Shown here: piece by piece, positions 25,740 through 35,857 of the stretch
Layout: every line of letters begins with the position of its first letter
How positions within the stretch are numbered: the stretch's first letter is position 1
NCBI GenBank assembly: GCA_003697105.1
Contig: RFFQ01000016.1
Coordinates: 1-38,348, forward strand
Length of the DNA: 38,348 nt
Source: Gemmatimonadota bacterium
GTDB lineage: Bacteria; 4572-55; J002
Direction of reading: 5' to 3'
Notes under the pieces: model-generated
Database searches by the model: none
What the model saw: only the letters and a program-made list of their open reading frames with translations
What the model was told of the DNA's origin: nothing
Position numbers and translations under genes: made by a program

Positions 25740-25991
25740 GATGGTGTTCTTTATGGTATCGTATTCAAACGTAAACTAATCGAACGCCTCAAAAAACTTC
25801 TTATCGTCCAGCGGTAGAGAAATTTGTCGGCGATGAATGGTAAAGCTGCAGCCCTAACTGCATAATTTTTAGGCAACAACACACCATAAATCCAGTAATC
25901 TCGTTCAAAAAACAACTATCTGTTGATAAGCTGTTAAAACCTGCTGTCCTTATGTACGAGTTCTATTTTACATCCACATCTCGCTCGCAAG

Positions 25992-27053
25992 CTACACGGT
26001 TTGTTCTATGCGAGTTTCTACGGAAAAATTCCCTTTCACACCTTCCAGACAGTTCTGGCACATGGGGGTGTGATCCCGGCTGTGTAAAATGTTCCGGCGA
26101 AAGGTCTGAAACCGTTTGCCCGTCCAGACCTGCTTAAACGGGGTGTCAAAGGTATTGCCCAGCTCATAATCCACATTTTTATCAAAGCAACAGGGGGCTA
26201 CCCGTCCATCCCAATTGACAACGGTTTTATACCATAACTGGTGACATCCGTGCGGTCGTTTTGTCCGTATGGAAAATTGTGCACCGTCATAATCATACCG
26301 GCGATAAGCGTCGTTTTGTGGCAGATATTCCCGTGCTTGTTCGGAAGTATAAATTTGAGCCGTTTTCAGTGTCAATTTATCAACCCCATATTCGCGGGCA
26401 AGGCGTTTGATTTCATCGATTTCACCCTCGTTGTGCTGAAAAATGATAAACTGCAAATTGATGATCGGGGTTTTGGAATGTTGCCGCTTTTTCTCTGTAC
26501 AGACCGCCTGAACCCCATCTAACACCCGCTGAAAATCGCCACCCACCCGATATTTACGATAACTTTCCGGGTTTGTGCCGTCCAAAGAGACGATCATCTC
26601 ATCCAGACCGCAAGCGATCACCTCCCGAACAGCTTCCGTGCTGTGGAAAAAGTGCCCATTGGTGCTGGTCAATGTGGGAATTTTCTTGGCTTTAGCGATC
26701 CGTACCATCTCCGTAAACTGTTTATGGATAAAGGGTTCTCCCTGATTCCAAAAGGAGACCAACATCAAATAATCGCCAATTTCATCGATCAAGACCCGAA
26801 ATGCGTCCACATCCATCCGCCCGAGGGGACGTGTCATTTCACCGTTGCCGGAAGGGCACATCGGACATTTGAGATTACAAATATTGGTCGGCTCGACCAT
26901 TAACCACGGAGGATAGCCCCAAATAATAGGCTTCCGCAGAGCATGTGCCAACCCCATGGAGGTGGCATTGAGCAAGAGATTGGAGATACGTTTAGGAGTG
27001 ACCGCATAACGATACGTTCGAGCGGCTAACCAGAGCGCATTGAGTGATGGCAT
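25992..27053 (-). CDS. Radical SAM protein with SPASM/twitch domain
   Basis: CNLKCPMC, GEP, TSTNG, VSLDG; C-terminal C..LW..GRVAPCCFD..LGN..CQNC. Confidence 0.9.
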   Translation of the reverse strand: MPSLNALWLAARTYRYAVTPKRISNLLLNATSMGLAHALRKPIIWGYPPWLMVEPTNICNLKCPMCPSGNGEMTRPLGRMDVDAFRVLIDEIGDYLMLVSFWNQGEPFIHKQFTEMVRIAKAKKIPTLTSTNGHFFHSTEAVREVIACGLDEMIVSLDGTNPESYRKYRVGGDFQRVLDGVQAVCTEKKRQHSKTPIINLQFIIFQHNEGEIDEIKRLAREYGVDKLTLKTAQIYTSEQAREYLPQNDAYRRYDYDGAQFSIRTKRPHGCHQLWYKTVVNWDGRVAPCCFDKNVDYELGNTFDTPFKQVWTGKRFQTFRRNILHSRDHTPMCQNCLEGVKGNFSVETRIEQTV

Positions 27054-27095
27054 GAGCAATGAGGTAAAAACGGTGTTTCACAGAAATGTTCGGTG

Positions 27096-27127
27096 CAGAC
27101 CCTTAGTGGACGATCCGTAAAGGTCTG
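27096..27127. repeat. REP-like intergenic palindrome, copy 1
   Basis: CAGACCCTTAGTGGA-CGA-TCCGTAAAGGTCTG imperfect hairpin; shares CAGACCCTTAG and TAARGGTCT with 35794-35827. Confidence 0.55.
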
Positions 27128-27143
27128 TGACAACAGTTATCAT

Positions 27144-28073
27144 TCAAAATTCGATACCATCATCCTCCGCAAAAAAATCATCATTATCCATCCATTTGTC
27201 TGTTGGCACGGCGATCTGGTAAAAACGATGGAGAATGTTCAACTTGCGGTAGTGCTGGTGATGCTGGTAGATGTGGATCAGATTGTTCATCATACGGACG
27301 ATAATCCCGCGGGGTGATGCAATCCGAAAATACTCCGGGCGATAAGTGAAACCGTTTCGTAACAAGTAGGTAATGCACTCTTTTTTGGTGAGTATCCGTC
27401 CTTTATTGAACACATCAATAAAGACCTCCTGCCCGGATAATTTTTTGTATTTGCACAAAAAGTGGGTTGGCAAACTAATCCCGTAAACCGGCAAACTTAG
27501 ACGTTTCGCAATCAGCATATACAGCACCGATAGGCTGATCGGAATCCCCACCCGCCGTTCCAACAGGGTATGGATAAAACTGTTCTGGGGATCGTAGTAA
27601 TCACCGGTGTTGCCGCGAAAATGTTCCTGTTGGAACAGAACGGTATTTAGCGCTTCCAAAACCCGGCTGAGTGATGTTTCCTCCGCCGCGTGACGTTTGA
27701 CTTGAAGTGCCAGTTCGTCCAATTGATGTGTTAAGCCATTGACATTAACGGTGGGAGATTCAATTCTGCTCAGCAAAAACACACCCTGTTCCAGATCAAA
27801 ATAATCGCCTTCTTCGTAAAGTAAGCGTTTGAGTTCTTGTTCCAAACGGGTAAAGCGGGTTTCATCCAACAGGCGGCGCAACCGGATGCGCACGTTCGGA
27901 TCATCGTCTCCGTATGCGGCGGTTTCCAGCATGGCACGATGGTCTGCTTCAAGCTCCTGCAATTTACGAAACGCAACGGTGCTAATTTTGGGGTCGTCGT
28001 CGCCCAACAATTGAATCAAGGCGGGGAGTTGACGTTTTTCTTCGATGATTGTAGGCATGAAACCTCTGTCCAT
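27144..28073 (-). CDS. SirB1 / transglutaminase-like (Transglut_core2) protein with N-terminal HEAT-like segment
   Basis: LIQLLGDDD; F.GN..DYYDPQNSF, RRVGIPISLS, G..LP.HF, IDVFN.G, RMMNNL. Confidence 0.85.
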   Translation of the reverse strand: MDRGFMPTIIEEKRQLPALIQLLGDDDPKISTVAFRKLQELEADHRAMLETAAYGDDDPNVRIRLRRLLDETRFTRLEQELKRLLYEEGDYFDLEQGVFLLSRIESPTVNVNGLTHQLDELALQVKRHAAEETSLSRVLEALNTVLFQQEHFRGNTGDYYDPQNSFIHTLLERRVGIPISLSVLYMLIAKRLSLPVYGISLPTHFLCKYKKLSGQEVFIDVFNKGRILTKKECITYLLRNGFTYRPEYFRIASPRGIIVRMMNNLIHIYQHHQHYRKLNILHRFYQIAVPTDKWMDNDDFFAEDDGIEF

Positions 28074-28540
28074 TACAGGGTTTGTGGTACATACTCGTGG
28101 TCTCGTTTTTTCAAAACCACAATCTCATTAATTTTATCATGTTGTTGGATGCTATCAACCACATCCATCCCATCTAAAACGCGGCCAAAAACGGTGTGTT
28201 TGCCATCCAACCAGGGGCAAGGCACATGAGTGATAAAAAACTGGCTGCCATTTGTATTCGGTCCTGCGTTTGCCATGGAAATCACCCCGCGATCATGCGC
28301 TTTGGCACTGATCTCATCCGCAAAGCGATACCCCGGACCGCCGGTTCCGGTACCTTGCGGGCAACCTCCTTGAATCATAAAATCCGCAATCACACGGTGA
28401 AAGGTTAAACCGTCGTAAAAGCCTTTTTCAATCAAATGGATAAAATTCGCGACCGTATTTGGAGCATCATCTTCAAATAACTCCAAATGAATTGTGCCGC
28501 GCGATGTCCGAATTTCGATTTCGGGTAACATGTTCACCAA
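28073..28540 (-). CDS. Cyclophilin-type peptidyl-prolyl isomerase
   Basis: [45 protein letters not shown]. Confidence 0.96.
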   Translation of the reverse strand: MVNMLPEIEIRTSRGTIHLELFEDDAPNTVANFIHLIEKGFYDGLTFHRVIADFMIQGGCPQGTGTGGPGYRFADEISAKAHDRGVISMANAGPNTNGSQFFITHVPCPWLDGKHTVFGRVLDGMDVVDSIQQHDKINEIVVLKKRDHEYVPQTL

Positions 28541-28549
28541 TCCTTTCGT

Positions 28550-29401
28550 TTAAGCGGGATCCGCCTCCAGATGATGTCGAGTCAATTCGGTTTTGAGATA
28601 ATCAAACGCCTCCTCGACATCATCACAAAATTTAAATAAATTTAAGTCTTGTGGGCTGATCGTCCCCCACTTGACCATTGCTTCCAGATTCATCACTTCA
28701 TTCCAATATTCCGTACCGTAGATCACAATGCTCATCGGTTTTTTGGTTTTTTCGGTCTGGACAAGGGTCAACAGTTCAAACAGCTCGTCCATCGTGCCAA
28801 ATCCACCAGGGAAGACCACCAGTGCCTTTGCCAGATAAAAAAACCAAAATTTACGAATGAAAAAATAATGGAATTCAAAAGATAACTCGTGTGAAATGTA
28901 CGGGTTGGGGTGCTGTTCAAAAGGTAAACTGATGTTCAAGCCGATGGACATCCCTTTGGCATTACTGGCACCACGATTGGCGGCTTCCATAATGCCGGGA
29001 CCGCCTCCAGAACAGATGATAAAGCGTTTTTTACCATTGTTCGCTAGCTCCTTTGACCAGAGCGTTAGTTTTTCCGCCAACAGCATTGCATCTTCATAGT
29101 AGCGTGACATATGCAGATTCGCTTTGGCGCGATCATATGCCTGTTGCAATGCTTCGGAGGGGGCTTCAGCCTGATCGAGGTTCTGTTGGGCAATGTTCAA
29201 CTGGGTTTGTGCCTCTTCAAGCGGCAAGGTGCGCGCGGACCCAAAGAAAACAATCGTATCGTGAACATTGTAATGGAGAAAGCGGCTGCGCGGTTCGTTG
29301 TATTCACACAACATACGGATAGTGCGTGCCGCTGGGCTGGTTAAAAATTCCAGATTTTTGTAGGCTTTGATCGGCCATTCGGGGGTCTGTTTTTTACTCA
29401 C
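28550..29401 (-). CDS. LOG-family (TIGR00730-like) nucleotide monophosphate nucleosidase
   Basis: [34 protein letters not shown]. Confidence 0.9.
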   Translation of the reverse strand: MSKKQTPEWPIKAYKNLEFLTSPAARTIRMLCEYNEPRSRFLHYNVHDTIVFFGSARTLPLEEAQTQLNIAQQNLDQAEAPSEALQQAYDRAKANLHMSRYYEDAMLLAEKLTLWSKELANNGKKRFIICSGGGPGIMEAANRGASNAKGMSIGLNISLPFEQHPNPYISHELSFEFHYFFIRKFWFFYLAKALVVFPGGFGTMDELFELLTLVQTEKTKKPMSIVIYGTEYWNEVMNLEAMVKWGTISPQDLNLFKFCDDVEEAFDYLKTELTRHHLEADPA

Positions 29402-29454
29402 GTAATTACCAATTCTGAAGGGGGTGAGAAGTTCAAAATGATTCCGATGGAACC

Positions 29455-29483
29455 ATCCTAATACGAAACCAGATAAATAGCAA
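29455..29483 (-). promoter_or_regulatory. Possible sigma70-type promoter of LOG-cyclophilin-SirB1
   Basis: TTGCTA-17 nt-TAGGAT. Confidence 0.35.
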
Positions 29484-29518
29484 CAAAAAAGGCATCTCTG
29501 CGGTGTATAAACCGGTGC

Positions 29519-30598
29519 TTAAAATGCCGTAAAACGCGCCACCGTAGAAGCATCTAACCGTTTAATGACTTCAACCAAAAGTTCCAAGCCGCGGAGATAA
29601 TCGTTAATGTCAATGATACTGTTGTGCGTATGGATATACCGCGAGGGCACGCCCAGCACTACCACCGGAACGCCCACATGATGGCGTTGGAGGGCACGCG
29701 CATCAGTGCCGCCACTACGTCGTACCGCTACTTGATGGTTGATGTTACATTGTTCAGCCACATCAATCACAAAATGTGCCAGTTCCCGATTCATAATCGC
29801 CGTGGGATCGAACATACGGATTTGAATCCCCTGACCCAGAACCGCTTGTTGTTCATCTTTCCCAAAACCGGGGGTATCATCTGCCGGCGTACCTTCCAAC
29901 ACAATCCCCACATCCGGGTTAATCAGCGCGGCGGCAGTCTCTGCGCCACGCACCCCGACTTCTTCCTGAACATTTGCCCCGCTATAAACCCGGTTGGGAT
30001 GATCCACATGTTTCAATTCCTGCAAAACATGAATCGCCAAGCCCGTACCATTGCGGTTATCAAATGCTTTACAAAGGAGTAAATCCGGATTATGAAGTTG
30101 GGTAAACTCGGAGAAGGGCACAATGGGGTCACCTAACCGAATACCGAAATTATGCTTGAGGTCGTCAATATCTTTTGCCCCCACATCGATATACATTTTA
30201 TCAATATTCATCACTTTTTCGCGTTCGGATTTCGCCAAAAAGTGCGGTGGTTTGGAGGTAATCACACCAATGATTTCGGTCTGATTTCGGGTGAGGATGC
30301 GCACCCGCTGTGCCAACAGAGTATGCCCCCACCACCCCCCTAACGGGGCAAACCGGATAAAGCCATCACTGGTAAAGGATTGCACAATAAACCCGACTTC
30401 ATCCATATGACCGGCTAACATAATCCGGGGGGAATCTGCCGAGCCGGGTTTGACACCATAAATACTGCCGAGACGGTCGGTGATGATTTCGCCGTCCACT
30501 TCATCCCGAAAAATCTGCCGGACGGCGTCTTCCGAACCCGGTGCGCCGTGTGCTTCCGTTAATCTTTTGAGTAGATCGATTGCCCTTTGCTTCTCCAT
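29519..30598 (-). CDS. M42-family metalloaminopeptidase
   Basis: GHMDEVG, GGWW, KAFDNR, QEEVGVRGA, GGTDA, RYIH. Confidence 0.93.
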   Translation of the reverse strand: MEKQRAIDLLKRLTEAHGAPGSEDAVRQIFRDEVDGEIITDRLGSIYGVKPGSADSPRIMLAGHMDEVGFIVQSFTSDGFIRFAPLGGWWGHTLLAQRVRILTRNQTEIIGVITSKPPHFLAKSEREKVMNIDKMYIDVGAKDIDDLKHNFGIRLGDPIVPFSEFTQLHNPDLLLCKAFDNRNGTGLAIHVLQELKHVDHPNRVYSGANVQEEVGVRGAETAAALINPDVGIVLEGTPADDTPGFGKDEQQAVLGQGIQIRMFDPTAIMNRELAHFVIDVAEQCNINHQVAVRRSGGTDARALQRHHVGVPVVVLGVPSRYIHTHNSIIDINDYLRGLELLVEVIKRLDASTVARFTAF

Positions 30599-30637
30599 AT
30601 ATGCTCCTTTATTGGTTCTATAAAGTCCATCAATACG

Positions 30638-32071
30638 TTATAACAGTTCCACATCATGGGGCTTGCTTTCCTGCAAGCCGGCGCCGGTAATCGGCATAAA
30701 TTCCGCGTTTTCTTGTAATTCCGGGATGGTTTGAGCACCAGCATAACTCATTCCACTGCGCAACCCACCCACTAATTGTTGGATGATTTCGCTCACATTG
30801 CCCCGGTAGGGCACCATCGCTTCCACCCCCTCGGGAACAATTTGATTCCAATCCAGATCACTATTATCCTGCCGGCTCATTGTGGCACCGAGAGATGCCA
30901 TCCCGCGCGAGATTTTATAACGGCGACCTTTCCGTTGAACAATCCGCCCGGGACTTTCTTGGGTACCGGCAAACAAACTGCCGATCATTACCGTCTGTGC
31001 TCCGGCGGCAAGTGCTTTTGTTAAATCACCCGAGGTGCGAATACCCCCATCAGCGATAATCGGGATATTATACTGCCGGGCGGCTTCGGCACACTCACTG
31101 ATGGCAGTCAATTGGGGCACGCCAAAACCGGTCACCAAGCGGGTAATGCAAATAGACCCCGGTCCCACACCTACTTTTACCGCATCGGCGCCGACTTCTA
31201 CCAGATCACGGACTCCTGCCGCAGAGGCGACGTTACCGGCAATCATTTTGACGGTGTCCCCAAATTCCCGCCGAATGGTTTGAATAATATCTAAGGCATG
31301 ATCGCTGTGCCCGTGAGCAATATCGAGGACGATCACATCCACATCAGCTTCAATCAGGGCACGGATGCGTTCCAACTCACCGATTTTTACCCCGACAGCC
31401 GCTCCTACCCGCAAGCGACCCTTTTCATCTTTGGTTGCCTGCGGATGTTTTTGTCGCTTGACAATATCAGTGGCGGTAATCAGACCGACCACGCGGTTAT
31501 CCGTCGTTACCAACGGTAATTTTTCCACCCGGGCTTCATGTAAAATTTGCCGGGCATCTTCCATGGTGGTTCCGGGTGACCCGGTGACAACCCGTTCTCG
31601 GGGGGTCATCAATTCATGAATGGGGCGTTCTGGATTATCTTCAAACAAAATATCACGCGGTGTCAGTACCCCCAATAAATGATGTTCTGCATCGGTAACC
31701 AATAACCCGCCGCTACCCCATTCGACCATCTTTTGTTGGGCTTCAGCCACGGTGACATCTGGGGGAATGGTATAAGGCTCTTCCACGATCAAATTTTCTG
31801 CCCGTTTGACGCGCCGTACCTCACTCACTTGGCGTTCAATGGGCATAAAGCGGTGGATCACCCCCATGCCGCCCAAACGCGCCATGGCAATGGCCATCTC
31901 AGATTCCGTGACCGTATCCATATTGGCACTGAGGATCGGAATTGCCAGATTAATGCCGGGCAATAGAGTGGTGGAGGTATTGGCATCCTGCCGGGAGCGC
32001 AGTGGGGAACGCTTGGGCACTAGCAGGACATCATCAAAGGTCAAGCCGGGTTCTTTACGGATATTCATCAC
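30638..32071 (-). CDS. IMPDH/GMPR-family protein with CBS pair; probably GMP reductase rather than IMP dehydrogenase
   Basis: [17 protein letters not shown] pair, [13 protein letters not shown]. The flap [27 protein letters not shown] lacks the IMPDH Arg-Tyr dyad. Family is certain; the activity is inferred. Confidence 0.9.
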   Translation of the reverse strand: MMNIRKEPGLTFDDVLLVPKRSPLRSRQDANTSTTLLPGINLAIPILSANMDTVTESEMAIAMARLGGMGVIHRFMPIERQVSEVRRVKRAENLIVEEPYTIPPDVTVAEAQQKMVEWGSGGLLVTDAEHHLLGVLTPRDILFEDNPERPIHELMTPRERVVTGSPGTTMEDARQILHEARVEKLPLVTTDNRVVGLITATDIVKRQKHPQATKDEKGRLRVGAAVGVKIGELERIRALIEADVDVIVLDIAHGHSDHALDIIQTIRREFGDTVKMIAGNVASAAGVRDLVEVGADAVKVGVGPGSICITRLVTGFGVPQLTAISECAEAARQYNIPIIADGGIRTSGDLTKALAAGAQTVMIGSLFAGTQESPGRIVQRKGRRYKISRGMASLGATMSRQDNSDLDWNQIVPEGVEAMVPYRGNVSEIIQQLVGGLRSGMSYAGAQTIPELQENAEFMPITGAGLQESKPHDVELL

Positions 32072-32086
32072 AAAAATTTCCCTAAG

Positions 32087-32716
32087 TTAGTCGCGCTGGC
32101 TCCAGCGTTCGAGCAGTTGTAGGTGGGTTTCGTTGGGCAGGGTTTGGATCAGCTCTTCTGCTTGTTGGCGGCTTTTTTTGAGGATACTGACCGTCTGGCG
32201 AATGGCTTTCATGGCTTGCCGGTTATCCCGGCGCTTGTTCCAACTGGTGACAAGATGAAGCGCCGCTTGCTTGAGTTCGCCTTGTGTAAATGGTTTGTTG
32301 AAGTAAATCCACTCGTCTTGGGAGACAAAATAACTCCCGATCTGTTCGACCGTGCGATCGGTATAAGCGGTGACCACAGCGACCAACATCGCCGGCTGGA
32401 GTTTTTTGACAATTTGAATAGTCTCCAAGCCATCCATGCCCCCGGGCATCTTCATATCAAAAAAACCGGCGGCAATGTAATTGCCTTGCGAAACCTGATC
32501 TTTAACGATTTGTACGGCTTCTTCGCCACTCTTTGCCAAGAGCACTTCGTATTGCAGGGTATTTACATGACCACCTGCACCGGATTGACGAGCACGCCGC
32601 CGTGCCATGATAGAATCTGCCGCAGACTCACCCACCCCTAATACATCCCGATAGACTTGTAAAATGGCATCCTCATCATCGACGGCTAAAATTCGTGTAT
32701 TCATTTGTGGAGTCAT
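32087..32716 (-). CDS. Response regulator: receiver domain with long insertion and C-terminal helix
   Basis: AVDDE, FFDMKMPGGMDG, VTAY, NKPF; no output domain. Confidence 0.85.
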   Translation of the reverse strand: MTPQMNTRILAVDDEDAILQVYRDVLGVGESAADSIMARRRARQSGAGGHVNTLQYEVLLAKSGEEAVQIVKDQVSQGNYIAAGFFDMKMPGGMDGLETIQIVKKLQPAMLVAVVTAYTDRTVEQIGSYFVSQDEWIYFNKPFTQGELKQAALHLVTSWNKRRDNRQAMKAIRQTVSILKKSRQQAEELIQTLPNETHLQLLERWSQRD

Positions 32717-32739
32717 ATTATCCCTCTGTGGTTCAAACG

Positions 32740-34014
32740 TTACTGGACTGCCGGAATACGGATTAAAAAGGTTGTTCCTTCACCGACCACACTATCTTCA
32801 ACCATGATGTCTCCCCCCCAGTTTCGCACAAACCGGCGGGAAATACCTAGCCCTAAGCCGGTACCCTTACTGCTATCTTTGGTGGTATAATCGGACTCAA
32901 AAATCGTATCCCATTTGTCTTTAGGGATACCAATACCTAAATCTGATATTCGGATGTGGACATGTCCCTCTTCAAAAGAGGTGTGGTAGTAGATATTTTT
33001 CTCGCGGGGCGGCGCATCCGGTGGAAGCATTTCAATCGCATCGGCGCCATTTTTGGTGATGTTAGAGAAGACTTGTAGCAACTCATTCGCATCGGCTAGC
33101 ACTTTCGGGATGGTCTCATCATAGGATTCCACTACTTGTATCCCTCGTTTCCAGAGAGTATCGTACATGAGTTCCCGGGTATCTTTTAAGACTTTATTGA
33201 CATCGATTTCCTCGATAGTCGCTTTTTGGCGTGCCATTCCCCGCATACTATCTACAATTTTGATGATTCGGAGCAGATGTTTTTGTAAGAACTGTAATTC
33301 TTCCAACCGTTTTTGTTCTATCGCCATTTGTTCGTTCAGGAGCGTATCCAAATCATGAAAATCTTCTTGCGCATGGGTGACAGTTTCCCCGGGAACCGTG
33401 GCGTTGAGATATTCCAGCAAAGTACCATTGACATACTCTTTTTTCCAATCTTGTAAAATATCCTGAATCACAGAAAGGCGTGAATCCGTGGATTTGGCGG
33501 CTTCATTGATCAGTTTTTCCAGCCGGGCTGAAATCGCCGTTGCCGGATTTAAAACTTCATGGGCGACCCGCCCGGAAATTTCACCCAGTGCAGCTAAGCG
33601 CGACATTTGCTCCATTTTTTCTTGCATTTCGGAAGCGGCGAGCTGTTGCAAAACTTCGGCAATCAGGTTATCCAACTCCTTAAAATTGACCGGCTTTTGG
33701 ATGTAGCCGATGGCACCCCCGTTAAGAGCTTCTTTGAGGTGTTCTTTAGCGGTACTGGCAGAAACCATCGCAATGGGTACTTTGGGAGCGATCCGCTTAA
33801 TGCGCTGTAATGCCTCCAAACCACTCATATCCGGCATCATAATATCTAGCAGAACCAAATCTGGTTTGAAGGTTGAAGCTTTATCAACCGCCTCTCGTCC
33901 ATTGACGGCGGTCTCCACCTGATGGCCGGTCATTTTCAAGCGCATATCGATCATTTTTAAGATCGTTGGGGTGTCATCCGCGACCAAAATTTTCAGCTTT
34001 CGTTTATCAGACAT
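32740..34014 (-). CDS. Soluble hybrid histidine kinase (REC-HisKA-HATPase)
   Basis: VADD, LDIMMP, KP; H-box AHEVLNP; N-box QVFSNITKNGADA; DLGIGI; TTK..KGTGLGL. Start ATG 34014 with GGAG RBS. Confidence 0.9.
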   Translation of the reverse strand: MSDKRKLKILVADDTPTILKMIDMRLKMTGHQVETAVNGREAVDKASTFKPDLVLLDIMMPDMSGLEALQRIKRIAPKVPIAMVSASTAKEHLKEALNGGAIGYIQKPVNFKELDNLIAEVLQQLAASEMQEKMEQMSRLAALGEISGRVAHEVLNPATAISARLEKLINEAAKSTDSRLSVIQDILQDWKKEYVNGTLLEYLNATVPGETVTHAQEDFHDLDTLLNEQMAIEQKRLEELQFLQKHLLRIIKIVDSMRGMARQKATIEEIDVNKVLKDTRELMYDTLWKRGIQVVESYDETIPKVLADANELLQVFSNITKNGADAIEMLPPDAPPREKNIYYHTSFEEGHVHIRISDLGIGIPKDKWDTIFESDYTTKDSSKGTGLGLGISRRFVRNWGGDIMVEDSVVGEGTTFLIRIPAVQ

Positions 34015-34097
34015 AAAAGTCACTCCGCTCCCGCATCAAAAACGGCAGAAAGTCCTACTGGGTGAGGTTCAGATTCTTTACTGGTGGTAATATACGA

Positions 34098-35771
34098 TCA
34101 TTTCAACAAAATTGCACGACCTGTTTTTGTAAAATTTCTACTGGTGAGGGTATAAAAATACGTTCCGCTGGGTACAGGCTGGTGTTGCTGGTCTGTTCCA
34201 TCCCACATAACGGCATAGATGCCCGCCGCTTGCGAGGCATCCATTAAATAGCGGATAAGTTTACCGTGAACATCATAAATCGTTAACTGGACGTGCCCCG
34301 GCTGTGCCAAGCCATAGCGAATGGTTGTATTGGGATTAAACGGATTCGGGAAATTGGCATCGAGGAAGTAACCTTGAGGCACACTGGGGCTGATTACTTC
34401 AGGAGTGACGGAGGTGTACAAATTCACATCCAATTCCACGACTGGATTCTCATCGGTAAGTTCAATATCCTCGATCAAGACCGTTTCAAAACCCGGATAG
34501 GAAATTTCCAGCGTATATGTATTACTATTGCTGGGGCGCAAAATCCGGCGATACCGCCCGTGGTTATCCGTGATGCGAGGGGTTAGTAAAGTGTCATTAT
34601 CCACACCGACCACCTCTACAAACGCGCCGGGTAGCGGGTTGCCCGCTTGGTCATAAACAATACCCGTAATCACGCCATTATCCCGACAGCGATCCAGTAA
34701 GTAATGAATACCCTGAATATTACGTTCACAGACATTATCCACGTAGTTTTCGTTGCGAGATTGAATGTTACAACAAATACCAACTTCGATGGTAAAGGCA
34801 AACGTACCCAATTCCGCATACATCCAGTTTTGGACATACCCTTTATCGCCTTTACCATACGTGGCGAGATACGTGCCGATTTCGTTATCAGTTGGAATTT
34901 CACGTCCCATTTCCTGCGCCACACGCCGGATGTGGAAATAATCCGGGGAATCTCCGAACAGGGTATCCCGCCAAGGGAACACAATGCGCTCATTCAAATT
35001 ACCGGAACGGGAACTATGGTAAATAATCCCGAATGTGGGGCGAACTCGCCGCGCTAACTCCGCAATGGCAAGGGCTTCCGGTTCCGAAAACGGGGCAGTG
35101 CCGACGTAATATTCACTACATTGGTTGGTATCCGCCGCCGCAGCCCATGCCCAATCAAAATTTCGATTTAAGTCCACCCCATCACAATCGGAATCATTGA
35201 TCAGGGTACATTCCGGATGCGCACCGTTGTTTTCATCACAAGGCACATCGGGGAACACGCCGGGACATTCGGCAATGCTGTAATCGAAAACCCCGTTATG
35301 GTTGTTATCGCGTTTATTTTTGCGGTAACAAATGTCTGTGTTATCAAACACCACCTGATGCCCATCGGGATTGCCAATGGGTACCACCCAAATTTCCGTT
35401 TCATCCACCCAAAAGGTCACTTGATCATCATTACCGTAACCCGTTAGCAATTGATCGATCAGCATCATCGAAATTTCCACACCCAAGATTTCTTCTGCGT
35501 GGATGTGCCCATCGATGAGAATTACCGGCTCGTCTTCATCCATCTGTGGATTATCGGAAATCTTGATCGCCCACATCGTGCGACCTTCCAACGTTGTGCC
35601 GATGCTATCGATGCGGCACAACGCCTCATAATTGGCGGCATAATCCTCAAGTTCTTGTACCACCTCATCATATGTATGATAGCGTTCAATAGGCGGCAGA
35701 TAGTCTTGAGCCGCGCTCACCCCACTCAACAAAAATAAAATCAGCAAGATATGAGTCCATTTCATTTTCAT
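34098..35771 (-). CDS. Secreted M14 zinc carboxypeptidase with carboxypeptidase-regulatory-like domain and T9SS-A/FlgD-Ig-type C-terminal domain
   Basis: Signal peptide; HAEE, NPDG, RKN, GVDLNRNF, FSEPE, YHS, TIEVG; C-terminal NFPNPFNPNTTIRY..WDGTD..SGTYFY..LLK. Confidence 0.92.
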   Translation of the reverse strand: MKMKWTHILLILFLLSGVSAAQDYLPPIERYHTYDEVVQELEDYAANYEALCRIDSIGTTLEGRTMWAIKISDNPQMDEDEPVILIDGHIHAEEILGVEISMMLIDQLLTGYGNDDQVTFWVDETEIWVVPIGNPDGHQVVFDNTDICYRKNKRDNNHNGVFDYSIAECPGVFPDVPCDENNGAHPECTLINDSDCDGVDLNRNFDWAWAAAADTNQCSEYYVGTAPFSEPEALAIAELARRVRPTFGIIYHSSRSGNLNERIVFPWRDTLFGDSPDYFHIRRVAQEMGREIPTDNEIGTYLATYGKGDKGYVQNWMYAELGTFAFTIEVGICCNIQSRNENYVDNVCERNIQGIHYLLDRCRDNGVITGIVYDQAGNPLPGAFVEVVGVDNDTLLTPRITDNHGRYRRILRPSNSNTYTLEISYPGFETVLIEDIELTDENPVVELDVNLYTSVTPEVISPSVPQGYFLDANFPNPFNPNTTIRYGLAQPGHVQLTIYDVHGKLIRYLMDASQAAGIYAVMWDGTDQQHQPVPSGTYFYTLTSRNFTKTGRAILLK

Positions 35772-35793
35772 GATTTACCTCTGATCTCAATTA

Positions 35794-35827
35794 CAGACCC
35801 TTAGAGTGTTTGCCACCCTAAGGGTCT
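35794..35827. repeat. REP-like intergenic palindrome, copy 2
   Basis: Minus strand AGACCCTTAGGGTG-GCAAA-CACTCTAAGGGTCT, a 14-bp stem with one G-U pair and no U-tract. Confidence 0.6.
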
Positions 35828-35857
35828 AAATTATTGGGCTTAGTCAAGCTCGTTCAA

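Noticed and set aside
25801..25887. 28-aa Cys-containing ORF (MVCCCLKIM...) as RiPP precursor for the radical SAM/SPASM enzyme
   Set aside because: Weak RBS, no RRE, dedicated peptidase or exporter, and short ORFs like this are expected by chance.
25921..25929. DnaA box-like TGTTGATAA / oriC
   Set aside because: A single mismatched box with no cluster, no unwinding element and no dnaA/dnaN context.
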